Below the pieces are notes generated by a model. That model was not told the DNA's origin. It worked only from the letters and a program-made list of their open reading frames with translations, and did not search any database. The position numbers and the translations under genes are program-made. From assembly GCA_001643675.2 (NCBI GenBank), contig LSRY02000015.1, positions 1,550,001 to 1,614,000 on the forward strand: a stretch of 64,000 bases of DNA, read 5' to 3'. The stretch is from Monocercomonoides exilis PA203 (lineage: Eukaryota > Protista > Preaxostyla). Of the stretch, positions 41,794 to 55,200 are shown piece by piece. Positions within the stretch are counted from its first letter, which is position 1, and every line of letters begins with the position of its first letter.

Positions 41794-44700
41794 TCATGTC
41801 TTTTCTGAAACCATCTGGGCTCTGCTATGAGATAGAAACCTTGGCTCGCTGCGTGTTCTCTGAGAGACGGAAGTGTCTCTATCTGTGGATGAAGAGTGAT
41901 ATGAAGGAGTGTTTAATTGATTTTCCGAAGATTCAGGAGTCGGAGACAAAGGAGGAAGAAAAGTGGAAGTTCGTAAGGCTGTGAATGTCGTACCATTCGC
42001 AGCAGCAGGAGAAGTGGAAGAGGAGGCCAAGGAGTTGGAGGATGCAGCTGCGAAAGGTGAAGTGCTCGCGGATGATGTGGAGGAGCCAGCTGAAGCAGAG
42101 GCAGCAGCCGGCGTAGACTGCTTCCGTGCAGGCCGCCCTGGAGAATGGAAGATGTTGGAGGCATAATACCTCCCGTGCTTCACCGGCTTTGCTTCTGAGT
42201 AATAAGTGTCTTGATCAGAAATAACTGTCGACGACGAAGGAGCGCCGGACACAATACCTTCAAATGACGGGAGCTGTCTGCTTTGAAGCGCTGGATGCCC
42301 CGACGATGCTTTGCTCTCTCTGCTTCGACTTGATTCAGCAGCAGCTACGCAAATGATTTCAGAAAGACAAAAGATTAATGTCAGAAAATGTGAAAAAGAA
42401 AAAAACAAAGCAATTTATTTGAAATATATATATTGCAAAAATAAATGATTTAATAAATAAAAATAATAAGTCAAACAATTTCTTGAAAACAAAGATGCCG
42501 CAAAATCTCTGTCTGTTTCTCGCTGAGCAAGCGGAGCCCTCCGGTTCTTCTCTCCTCCCTGTTTGGGAGTCGTCGGCAGCGAAAGATCACCAGTCAAATC
42601 GATCAACCTTGAAGAGTATGTTGGGGCACTGCTGTTTGCAGACTCCATCACAGCTGCTGCAGAGAGAGGAAGAGTTGGAATTTCTGGTGCCTTTTTGGAA
42701 AAAGACGCGTTTCCCATCGTGCCTGCTGCTTCTCTGCCATTCTCGTTATCGCCCAGAGAAGCCGAAGCGAATGCTGCTCCCACAGCAGGTGGCGGCGTCG
42801 TCATCTTTCTTGTGGCATCCATCGCTTTCGAAGAAGCAGACGCAGAAGAAGAAGAAGAATTCGAAGTCGAAGAGAACGTTGAAGAAGGCGAAGAGAACGA
42901 AGTGGAGTGAGTGAGTGTTGATAGCAATGGATCTGACATATCTCTTGCTCTGCCACGTTTTCCGTCGCGGCTTTGCTGCAGCATCGATCTGGGTGTTGGG
43001 CGAGAGCCCTGTGCAGAATATCTGTCAGTCACAGCCCCTGAAGAATGGGGCACAAACGGCGACGACATCACAACACCAGACGAAGACGAAGAAGCAGAAG
43101 ACGAAGGAGCAATGATAGCCGGTATGTACTGTGAAGATGACGATGCTGAGGTCACGCTCGAAGAGTAAGTAGATGACAAGTTCATCAGCGGGATTTGATT
43201 GGAAGTGGCAGATGGCGGAAGCATCAGCGACCGACTCAGGTAAGAGTCGATGTCTGACTCGCTGTTGCGCATCCGCCTCGCCACACCCGCCGACGACAGA
43301 CGCATCGGTGACGATCGGCGCTGTGTTGGGTCGTGTGTGGTGACAGCCACATCCAGCCCTTCCACAACACCATCGGTGCCTCCAACACGATAGCTCGCAC
43401 GCTGCCGCTCGGTTTCTCCTCCATTCATTGTGAATCCTCCTCTTTCTCTGTCTATGTCCCTTCTTCTCCAATCTCCTGCGCTGTATTCTCTGTTTGTGCC
43501 TATGTCAACTACACCAATATGGCCACCAGAACCAAGCGGATGTGTCTTGAATGGCGAGTCATATTCTCTCAGTGTTTCTGACCCTCCTTCGCTGTCTGAA
43601 GCACCTCCGCTATGTATCCCGTTGCCTGAAAGCGAGAACGACTCTGAGTCAACCAAAAGACAAGCAGCATCCAGCACCTTCTCCAAGTTTCGTCGCCTTT
43701 CTTCTTCAATCAGCGCTCGCAGATCCCTCAGCTGCTTCTCTCTCTCCTTTTCCTGACGCTCAACACGACTCAAAAAGCCAGAGAACCTCCTCCGGCGCCT
43801 CCTGCACTTTTTGCTCTCTTGCTGTGCATTCAGCTTAGAAATGCGTTTTTCGTCCTGCTTGTTGATATCCTCTCTTTCCTCGTCGCTTGCATTCCCCCTG
43901 TCATCCCCATACAGTTCTCCATCTGAGTCCGCAGGCTGACCGCTCTGCGCCTCCTCATCTCCTCCAAAGCGGAAGCTTCGCGATCTCACATCTCCTGTTC
44001 CCGCAAAGTCGTCATCACCTTCCCCTTCACCATCACGATCACGATCACGATCATGGTCACGATCATGGTCATGGTCATTATCACCATCAACACCATTCCC
44101 ATTCTCCTCATTTGAGTTTCCGTTTTGGCTTTGCTGTCTTGCGCCGTTATTTCCGCTTCCATTTCCGTACTCATCCTCATCATCGTTTTCTCCTTCGAAG
44201 CCACCTGACTCCCATTCTTTGATCACTTCTGTTCTCCTCTCTCTCTTCTGCTGGTTGAGCAGCCCCATCACAAGCAGCTCCCAATTGTTCTGCGAGCGCT
44301 GCTGCTTCAGCTGCTTTTCCTTCGTCACCGCCTGTGCGATGCTCGTCAGCCCATCCATTTTGGATGCAGACACCTTTCCGTTCTCCAGCTTCCCAGCCAT
44401 CTCCAACGCTTTCAGACGTTCCAGCTCTTCCTCCTGCGACTTCAGATACTCCTCCCGCGTCTCAAACCGCTGCAGCTTCATCAGAAGCTCTGTCTCCTTC
44501 GCCTTCCACTTCTTCTCCGCATCTTCCTGCTGTCTGATCATCGCCGTTCGGTTCTGAAGCGACAGGTTGTTCAGCTCCATCTTCAGATCCTCAATTTCGC
44601 GTGCTTTTTCGCCAAGCTTCTGGTTCAACTCGTGCTGCACAGCAAGTATTTCCAGTTCTTTGTTCTTTATCTTCTCTCTTGTTGTGCTCAGCTCGTCATT

Positions 44701-46225
44701 CACCTTCTTCATCCGCTGTTCAGACATCGTGATCTTCTCCTCGAGGTCTTTGATGTGTTCCTTGTTCCGCTGGATTTCGCCTTCTTTCTCTCTTTCCGCC
44801 GACTCCAGCCGCGCCGTCAGCTCAGCAATCTGCGAGTTCTTCAGCGAATCCTGAGCCTTTGTCTGCAGCACCTCCTCCTTCAGCTCCTCCTTCTCGCGCC
44901 GCAGGTCCTTGATTTCCTGCTGCCGCGCTGCCTGCGCCACCTCCAGCGCCCCCATCTCCTTTTTCATCGCCTCGATGCGCCGCTTCAGCTCCTCCCCTTC
45001 CAAAACAAGATCGCTCGCTTTCTTCTTCAGCGCTGCTGCTTCTTCTCGCAGCTCCCGCGTCTCCTTTTCCAGCCGCATGTGGAACTCGTTCATTGCGTCT
45101 GTTATCGCCTCTTCCTTCTCCTTTCGCATCTTCTCTTCAACCCCTGCCAGCTGAGTCTTGATTGCTTCCAGCTCTTTCTGATGCTGCGTCATCATCGCTT
45201 GCACTTGGCTATCCCGCTCTTCGCTCAGGCGCTCCAGCTGCTCTGTCAAACGAGCCAGTTCATCGCGATGCTTTCTGTCCTGCTCCGCGAGGCGAGATTG
45301 CCGATCTCTTTCAAGAAGCTTCACAAATTTTGTTGGTTTATGATTGACATTTGAAACATTGTTAATCAGAAAACCATAAACGAAAAAATGGATCGAAAAG
45401 TTCGAAAAACCTTAATCTGCGCTTCTAATTTCTTTTTTTCATCATTCCATTTTGCCATCATTTTGTCTTGCATCTCTTTTATTTTTTTCTTTTGCATTTC
45501 TTCACTTTCAATTTCATTAGTCTGATTTATTCCATCAATCCACGCTTCAGGTTGAAAGACATCTGTTGGATCTGCTTGATATGCCTCTCCAATTCGAGAT
45601 TTTTGATATAGCTTTGAACAATACATAAATTTCTTTGAAAAAATGAAGAAAAAAGCTTCACACTTGCTCTTTCATAATAAGCAATTGTTTGTAAAACATT
45701 GCTCGCTGCTCTCCAAGAAGTTTTTCCCTTCGTTCAAGCTGTCCTTTTAAAATATCCATTTGTTGATTTGATCTAAATTTCTCTTCATTTGCTTGCTAAA
45801 ATGTACAATAAACATTTAATCAACAATTGAAACAGTTTCACACATGCAATCTAAGCTTCAAATTCATTACAACAACATTGTCAGATGCAATATCCGATTC
45901 ATGTTCAAGTGCTTTTTCGCGTATAACGTTGAAACATCCGAGAAGATAATCAGCATAGCGTTGAAGTGTTCCTTCAGATTCAGCTTCAATGCCTTCAACC
46001 TTCAAATTACATGCAATATCATTTCAAAAAAATAAAATATATCACTCTGCAAATTAATAAACTATTAACCGTTTCTTGCATTTCATCAGGAATATCTTCA
46101 TTTAATCTTAAATCTTTGAAATATGTTCCCAATTGACCTTTAAAATCAAGTAATCCGGTATTTATTATTTGAGTCATGGATTCTGATATTTCTGGCCGTT
46201 GTAAGTATTCATTCTCTGATGTCAT
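41794..46225 (-). CDS. Uncharacterised long coiled-coil protein (paralog B of 6936-10784); multi-exon
   Basis: Shares RPEI, RYADY.LG, QMDILKGQLERREK.L.EQRA.FYKQLL, LKQQR..NNW.LL and LR.LIE.ERR.NLE.VL.AACLLV with paralog A. Confidence 0.8.
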
Positions 46226-46820
46226 TATTAAAAACAGTTGAAATACTATGATCTGATTATATATTTTTTTATTTTTATCCAAATAATGTGAATATTCGAC
46301 AAAAAGCTTAGGTTTATAAAAGTTAATCGTGTTTGGAAGTTGAAAAACATTTATTCTCTATTCTATTGAAATTATTTAACAAAGAAAATATGATTTGCTT
46401 CCATCTGCTGTTTAAAAATAATAATTTTGTCAAAACTTCGAAATTCGAAAATTGAAATAGCTATTTCATTTTATGATAGCCAAAAATGTCTATTTTTTTT
46501 TTTTTTTTTGTGGGGATAATGAAGAAAAATTCGGTCAATTAATATTTAATTATAACTGCCGTTTTCTTTTTCATCGTAAAAAAATGGTTTTTATTCTCTT
46601 GCATTTCTGAAAAATTCAATTGTTTGCTCCGAGTTTTTTTCTCCATCGTATCTTTATAAGTCTAACATTTCCATTCAAAATAAGAAGGAAAACAAAAAAA
46701 TTGAAATATATAATAGAAAAAATTGAGTGGTGCAAAATTCATTGAAACAATAATTTCATTCCAGACGAAATCATTTGAGAAACAATATTCACTTATATCT
46801 GTATCAGATTGAAAGAAAAT

Positions 46821-48214
46821 GGAAGAGGGTTACAATACACCACAATTCAAAACCTATCCTTTCCAGTGTATTATTACTTGTTATTCATTTTCAAGAAAGA
46901 AATATCATATAAAACCTCCGTATTTTTAAGAAAATATATTTTATAAAAATTGGGAAAATATCTGCATTAAATGGGATGAATCAAATTTGATTGCATTGAT
47001 GTCTCATCTTCAAGATCACATAATTAAATATTTATTTAAAAAACAAGATTAATCTAAGACTATGAAGCGACATGGAATTGGATAATGAGATTTATTCCAT
47101 TCGCAGTGAACAGACGATGCCCTAAGTGTAGGAATTTTTTTCCATTGAAAATCAAGATAGTTGTAGAAATGGCAGGTGTTTCAGATGAGGAAAATACTGC
47201 TCATTGTTGAAAATAATTCCTTTGAAAAATTCAAAAATTTCTTTTAAGAAAATAATTATGTTATTTTTGTAATTTTTGATCAACATAGAAATTTGTCAGT
47301 GAAGCTTGCTGACTGATGTTTCAAGACAAACTGTTGGGTGTTTTTATTCCACTGGAAGAGATTGCATGGCTGATTACGGTTCAACATCTTTCGAAAAGCT
47401 TGGTGTACAGGGAATTATTATTGAAATAGATGAAGCAATTCTTCGAAAAAAAAAGTTAAGAAAAAAAAGAAGAAAGAAACAGATATGGTTATTCGGCATG
47501 ATAGAAAGAAAAGAAAATGTTTGATTGTGAGAGTGAAAAACAACAAAAAAGAGACATTAATACAAATAATCGAAAGAAACACAATTCCAGGATCAACTAT
47601 TTACTCAGATAAGTGGAAAGTGTACAGCTCATTTTCATCTTTAGGTAATAATTATCACACTGTTTGTCACAAATACATTTTAAAAAATCCAGAAAGTAGC
47701 ATTTGCACAAATTTGATTGAAAGCACTTGGTCAAGCTTTCAAAAATCTCTTCCAAGAAATGGAATTAAAGAAAAATACATTGATGACTTTGTGAATAGCT
47801 TTGTTGGAAAAAGATCAGAAACACTTGAATCTGAAGATTTCATTCAAAAACTGCTTGTTAATGAGCTTTTTGATGTTGAAAAAGAAATAGATGAAACTGA
47901 AAAAGACGAAATCGAAGAATCTGACGAAAGTGATGTGCAGGTTTCAAATGAAAATGATGAAGAAACTGAAGATGAATCTGATTCTTTAAAAGCAGATGAT
48001 GGAGCACATGCTTCCGAGTTTGAATAGAAGCAAAAAAAATTTTTTCATTTGCATTTTAACTCTTCAAAAAAATTATATTCAATGATTTATATTGTTTTAT
48101 TTTTCTTTAAAACCCGGAGTTAGCAGTCACGAAAATTGTTGTAAAACAACACATTCAAGCATGAAGAATACAAATAATATGGACTTCGGTTGTGGTGTAT
48201 TGTTAACTTCTGCC
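46821..48214 (+). mobile_element. Decayed Merlin (IS1595/ISXO2-like DDE) DNA transposon
   Basis: Transposase motifs CPKC, GIIIEIDEAILRKKK, WLFGMIER, PGSTIYSDKWKVY, HTVCH and TNLIESTW. Imperfect 25-bp TIRs ggaagagggttacaatacaccacaa and (rc) ggcagaagttaacaatacaccacaa, plus inner inverted blocks at ~46916 and ~48118. No TSD is preserved. Confidence 0.88.
46975..48027 (+). pseudogene. Frameshifted Merlin transposase
   Basis: Split over ORFs 47306-47524 and 47485-48027, with a stop-interrupted N-terminal Zn-finger part and an acidic C-terminal tail. Confidence 0.85.
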
Positions 48215-49275
48215 AATTAAGGATTAAATAACTTTTCACCACATTATTAGAACAAATGAAATAATCGGAATAATTGTTGGGGTTTTCCTCGAAAAGAAAA
48301 TTTCTTTTTGTGCGAATATGAAAAGAATAATGATGTTTTTTCAATTTTGAATTCATCTATTTTTCTGAATGCATTCACAATTATATTTATTTTTTCTCTT
48401 TTCATTCAAAAAACTGCACTTATTCGATTGAAATATAAATCCATTTTGCTCTTCAAAAAAAAAACCACAGACACTCCACCCCATTTCATCAGACGCGTTT
48501 TTGTTCTGGCTTTTCAGCAAATGGAAAAGTCTTCAGCCAAACAGACACATTAACAAATGCCCATCACTTATTGCATGCGTTTATTTGCCTTTTCACTTTT
48601 TCCTCAACAAAAAAACAAAAAATTCATTTGAAACAATAATTACTATTTTTTCACCCTTTCACTTTTGTTTTCGTGTGCCAAACACACCTCTCTCCATTTC
48701 TCAAAACTGTTTTTTCATCTCCAATTCTCCTATTCTGTGAATATGCCTTTGTTTTCGATGTCAATTCCAAACAGCTCTGTGCCTTCATGCATGTCAATAT
48801 TTATCAGCCAACAACAATACTCCAGAAAACACACTTGTAACAAAATAGCTGTTTCAGAAATAATTTTTTGAGGGGTATTTCATTTTTTTTCAAATAAGAA
48901 AACACACGATGATTCAAATTGTTTTTCATTTTCATTCATTCCTTTGCTGTTGAAGTTCCAATCCAACAAAAAAGAACAACAACAAAAATAAGAAAAATAA
49001 AAACAAACACTTGTTTTTGTTCAAGAAATCAGTCATTCTCTTTTTGCTTGCGATTCGGAAACCGCAACAAAATTTCTTCACTGCGACTGACCAACTTGAG
49101 CATTCACAAAGCCATCACTTCTGTTTCTGCTTCGTCACCCCAATGCCAACTTTCTTTCCCCTCTCCTCATTTGGTGTTTCATATCGTTCAGAAAGTTCAA
49201 TCCGCTCTCATTCTGTTTGTTTGTCGTTTTCATCTTTCTTCCTTTTCCAGTTTTGTGCTCTTCAACCACAAACAA

Positions 49276-52200
49276 CTACAGATATGATGAGTCGCAGAAA
49301 CTGCTGCTCCCAACATCGCTTCCTCTGCCAATATCGCTCACATTTTCATCGTCAATCGCATCAGATGCTGTCACAACCACCATCTCTGCAGGAAAGTGCC
49401 CGAAGAACTCTCGCTTCAGCTCCACAAGCGTGGGCCTGCTCTTCGCCTGCAGCATCACACACGCTTTCGTCGTCTCACCAAAACTGCTTGTCTCAATCAC
49501 CCCCATGTTCGGCCTCTCCCCATTCTTTATCTTCTCTCCAGCCGTCTCAGCCTCATAATCTCCAAATGGGATATGCAGTGTCAAGCACTCCCACAGCATC
49601 ATCCCAATCGAAAACACCACCGTCTTCTTCGTTGCATGTTTCTTTGTCCCATTCAGCAGCTCAGGCGCCTTCCACCTCAAACACTCCTTTCTGTTGTCTT
49701 CGTCATCCTCAAAGGCAGATGAGGGCAGAGAGTCACTTTCGTCATTACTGGCAGACGTCACAACAGTTGATGAAGAGATGGAGGATGAGTCAGAATTATC
49801 AGACAATAAATCTGAGTGCATTACAATGCAGATCACCATATGCTCGGAGAAAAGAATAATGTGCGGACTCAGATTATTCAATGATTGAAGAGGGTTTTCC
49901 ATTTCATCAAACGAGTGAAGAGCAAGATTAGCCACCCAGAACAGGATCTGAGCAGCTGTTTGCTCTCTTTCTTTCAATGTGCCAATTGCCATTTCTTTTG
50001 TCTTATTCAGCCCATGCAACAACATGAACAGTGAATCCCTCAAGTCCACAATCAGCTTCTCATGAGGGAGATGAACAGGCCATCGCATCCACAAGATTTG
50101 ACATTGATGACGTGGTTGGGCACAAATCCTCCCTCGAACAAATGTGGAATCTGAATCAGTTGAACATGTCGAAGAAATTGATGGTGATGCAGTCTGTTTT
50201 CTTATTTCCTCTTCCTCATCTTTCTCCAGCATCCATTGAGGGATCTTATCTGAATCTTTTCCTAATATGTATTCAGTGGAGCCACTCTCAGAGAGAAGAT
50301 GCTCTGATGACTCTGAATGTCCCAGGCTTTTTTCATATATTCTCTTCTTCATCCTTTCTTCATTCTTCTTTTCATCCTCCATCTCTGCTCTCTTCCACCG
50401 CTCCTCAGGTGACATCTCCATCGTGACCATCTCAAATGCCTTCGGATCTTTTCTGATGTTGTCATTCACAATCTCTTGCAATTCCTCATTTCTTTCCTTC
50501 ACCTTCCTCCACCGAACAGCCAGAACAACAATGACTACAAGCAGAAGCACAACAAATACAACACACACAATCACAATAATTTGCCACATTGACATTTCTT
50601 TCTTTCCTCCTTCAACAATCCTTTCATCCCCATTAGCTTTGGGCTCACTTCTGTTCTTCAGAATGAAAGGATCAGTCGATGATGGGTTTTTGGCATCCCC
50701 AAACAGAATGCTCACTCTCACCTCTGCCTCGTCTCCTGCCTCACTTATTGCCTCTCTTGCCAATCTTCCTTCAACTTCTGTCTCCGACACATATCCGCTC
50801 TCATCAAACTCAAACTTTTCGATCTGCTTTTCATCACCTATCTGCTTCACAACCATGAATGACAAGTTGCAAGGCAGCAGCAGCTTCCCTTTGAACACAA
50901 TCTCCATTTCTGCTCCTTTCTCATTTGCTTCAATACTCTCCAATACTGGGATGAAGAATGGTGATGCTCTTTCAGAAACAATCCCTTCAAAACTACACCC
51001 ATCATTCAAAATCCAAAGAGAAGAATTGGGCATCAATCCATCTCCACCTTTCAAACTCATCACATTCAATGTTCCTGAATTTGAGCAAATGATATTTCTT
51101 CTCAATGATGGATACCTTTCAATTGATGGATTGCTGTTAATGAATTCTCCTTTCTCAATTATCACATTTCCTCCACTCATTGTTATTCCACCTTCTGGAG
51201 AATTCGAAATTGTTGTGTCTTTCATCATCGCAGAACTCTTCGAGAAATCAACAACTGAACCATTCCACTGACAGATCTTATTACTCACACCATTTATTTC
51301 TTCGGTATTATCAGCCAGGTTTCCCTCAAATGTGCACGAATCCACCAAGACATTCTCAGTCAAAGCAATTGCCACTTGACTCCCCTTTGATGACTCTGAT
51401 GTGCACTTATGAAAAGAACAGTTGCACATCTCAAAGTTAGTCATGTGCTGAGCTGTGCAAATAATGCTAGGCCCAGAAGACAGCCGGCTGATGTTTGAGA
51501 ATGATGATAACGCCAAAGATAAAACGAGTGAAGAATGGCCATTTTCAAATGAAATTAGACTTTCATTTTGCAAAGAGATATTTGTGACTGCCAACTTTGA
51601 AATTATCACTTTCTCACTCTTTCCACATTCAATCACTGAGCTTGTGCATTGGACATTGCAAGCAGTCAGATCTTCAAATGTTGCTCTTTCTGAGCACAAT
51701 ATCTGGAACATGGACTTTGAGAATTTCAAGCACCCAATGCTACATCGATCTGCCTCAAATATCCCATTTTCAACAACAATCAGAGAAAAGTCAAAAAGGG
51801 TTTGTGAATTCACCAATGATCCGCTTTCTGATAAGAATGAAACAGATTCGAGGATTAGAGATCCATTCGCTTGGTGTATTAAGCACGAGCAGACAACATT
51901 CTGCATTACACCAAAAACAAATGAAACTTTCTCAATTCGAACAGACTCTGATGTCGTCACAACTCCATCACCAGCCAAGCTCATCTCATTCACTTTTATC
52001 TCAGCATTCCTGCTTGCCTCCATCGACTTGATTGTCACCTTTTGAGCTAAGCATGAACCAGTTAGTGTTGTCTCATTCCATATCAGCAGCTGCGAATAAT
52101 CCGATGGAATGATGTGGCTCACCCCCACATTCAGCGATGAGCATGCACCCTTCATTTCCCCACAGTTCTTGCTGTTGCTGCTGTTTCCCACAATTGAAGA

Positions 52201-55200
52201 AACAAATATGAATTCGCTCCTGAACACATACACCCTCCCCAGCAGATCCTCTTCATCCCCATAATCGTCTGATGTGCACCCCCATATCGCCAGCTCCTTC
52301 ACAAATGGCTCCCCAAAGTTTATCAGGAACTGTGATTCACTTATCTGCGAGTCAAGATCTGTGCACTTCACAAACACATCTCTCCCTTTCAATGCAACAT
52401 TCTCCTTGAATGTGATGTTCGACAGCACAAATGACAAAGACTTCTTTGCAACACTCTGTGTTTTCAAAAACAATCCTCCTCCTCTCCCGTTGTTCGAACA
52501 GAAGCAGTCTGTCACATTTGTGTGATTCATTTCCAGTCTCCCCCTCTCGTTGAGAAGGAAAAACATCCCTCCTCCTTCATTCGAGCTTGTCGATCCACAA
52601 CCATCAATTGTCGAATTCTCCATTTTCAATCTCATTTCATTCTGCATATCACAGAAAAGAAATGAAGGGTTGTTTGACACTGTGTTCTTCACATTCACAA
52701 ACGAGCATTGCTCAAACAGAACATTCCACTCTTCTTCTGCATTATCATTTCCATTTTCTGGAATCTCATTTTCATTCATCACAATTGCACTTTTCCCACT
52801 CAATGATATTTCTTCAAAGGAAACATCGCTCATAGTTATCACACTTCTAACTGATATGCTCATTATCTCATGCATCGTTGAGAATCCAGCTATGTTTGTC
52901 TTTTCGATTGAAACAATTCCTTTTGAAGCACTAATCAATACAAATGTCAATTCACCTTCAGCATTGTCACTCATGCGAATAGAACATCCTGCAATACTCG
53001 TTTTGATTGAATCAATGCATGTCTGGATGAGGATATTTGCCTCGTTATCGAAGGCACTAGGGATCAGAATCCCCACTTCTTTGAATTGAACAACCCCTTT
53101 GCATTCAACAACAGCATCCTTGTCTCCTTCAATTGCTTTCACAAATTGAATTTTGTCTGTTTCGCCATTAGTTCCTTCCAGCCTCATCCCGCTCACACTC
53201 ATTTCATTCCTCACATCACAAGTCCCCTGAATGGCAATCGACCCAATCCCCAAACCACTTCCTCTCTTCAGCCCATAATCAACAGACCCGCACGGATACT
53301 CCAACAGCCCACACACAACCACATTATTTCCTTCCCGCGCAACATGCACACTCGTCCCAACCTCTTTCCAGAAATAGATCAGTGGGATTGCACACTCTCT
53401 GTTTCCTCCATCGTACCCTCTCATCGAGTCTTCGGTCAGTATCTCCAATCTATCTTTCACAAATGGCAGGGTTTCGTTCTTGATGCTGCTGATAAGCGCT
53501 GGAGACGAAGCAAATAAATCCTTTCCAAACTTCGCATTGTTTGGTTTGTCAGATGAAAAAGTTGGAGAGGATATCACGAAATCTGCTTCACCCGATTCAC
53601 TCAACAAGCTCAACATTATTCCTCCTCCATATCCAACTGCCACCCAGTCATGGGGTGCTGTGCAAGAATAAAACTTGCATTTGTTCATCAACAGATTCGT
53701 ATTTGCAGATGCCTCATAAAAGAGTGCACCTCCTCCAATCTCATTTCCTTCTTCTTCAACAGCACACCCTTCAAATGTGCAATCATTTATTTCCACTTTG
53801 CAATCGCTTCCATCATGACCATTCATTATGCTGATGCACCCTCCACTTCCCTTCGAACGAGTAATCGATGAGAATGAGCATCCAGATGTCTCTTCAATAA
53901 TTCCCTTGTGGCACTCAACAACACATCCATTGCCAAATGTGATTTCTCCAAAATCGCTGTTTGTCATGTTCATTAAAGGCCTTGAATTAATACTTCCCTC
54001 AACAACGAAAAACGATGAATCTCCTATTCTCATATTCCTTGATCCAAACTCACTCACTTCTACAGCCCCTCCAACAGCCTTCACAAACACTGTTGAAAGA
54101 GCCTCAATCCCTCCTTCCATCCCACATTTGTTCAGTGTGAGCTTCCCTGAACAGCACCCAAACACACTTTCATGATATGAAAGCGATTGAATCAAAGAAA
54201 ATACAATGCCAGTCATTGACACAGAAACTGAGTTCTCAATCAATCCACTTTGCGTTCCCTCTGTCAGATCGGCAACCTCACATTTCATTTCATTCTGTTT
54301 TGCTTTGACGTTCCATTCATCTGTCCTCAAGCTCAATTCATCCTCAAAGGCAAATGATTCAAAAATGGTTATGTCTTTTTTCTTCCCTTCAAAATGGACC
54401 GATGCTGCCTTCGTGATTGTGGAGCATGGAAATGACTCATATCCACACATCGAAAAATCATGGCCCAATGATCCTCCTCCAACAAAGGCAGATCCTGAAA
54501 AGTTATCCCACAGATACACCACCAGCGGGATGGCAAATGCCTCATTCAATGTTGATCTCTCGAATCCATTCAATTTCGTAAAGTTATTCAAATCAACTTC
54601 AAATCCCATCGACCTTCTGCTAATCACACTTGTGAGTTCATGTGCATTAATGAACATTTCTTTCCCCTCTCTCGCATCACACCCAGAAAATGAAACATCT
54701 CTCAAAATGAATGAACTCGCCCCATCATCCAGATGAAGATAAATCCCTCCTCCATGTCCGTGCTCTCCACCTGTGTTTTGTGTTGCCTTGCAGCTCGCAA
54801 GTTCAAATAAATCACTTTCATCATTCGGAAATATTGCCCTTGCTGAGTCAGCATCTGTCATATTTCCCACGGTGAATGATGATCCTTCTTCCATCTCAAC
54901 CCACAATCCTCCTCCATTTCCTCCATTGCTCTCACACCCAGACATCGTCCCTCCGACAATTTCCAGTGAGCAATCTCTCCCAAGTGTGCATTCCATTGCT
55001 CCTCCATCTCCCCCATCTCCTTTGAATCCACTCATCGTGTTGTTTGTGAGCTTCAGCATCTTGGCTGAATTTGTGGAAATAACTCGAATGGATCCTGATG
55101 GCAAATCTGTTTGTGAAGATGCTTTCACTGAAAGTGTTGAATCTTCACTCGTCAAAGATGCTCCATTCGCCACCCCAAACAAAACACTATTTCCTGTCGA

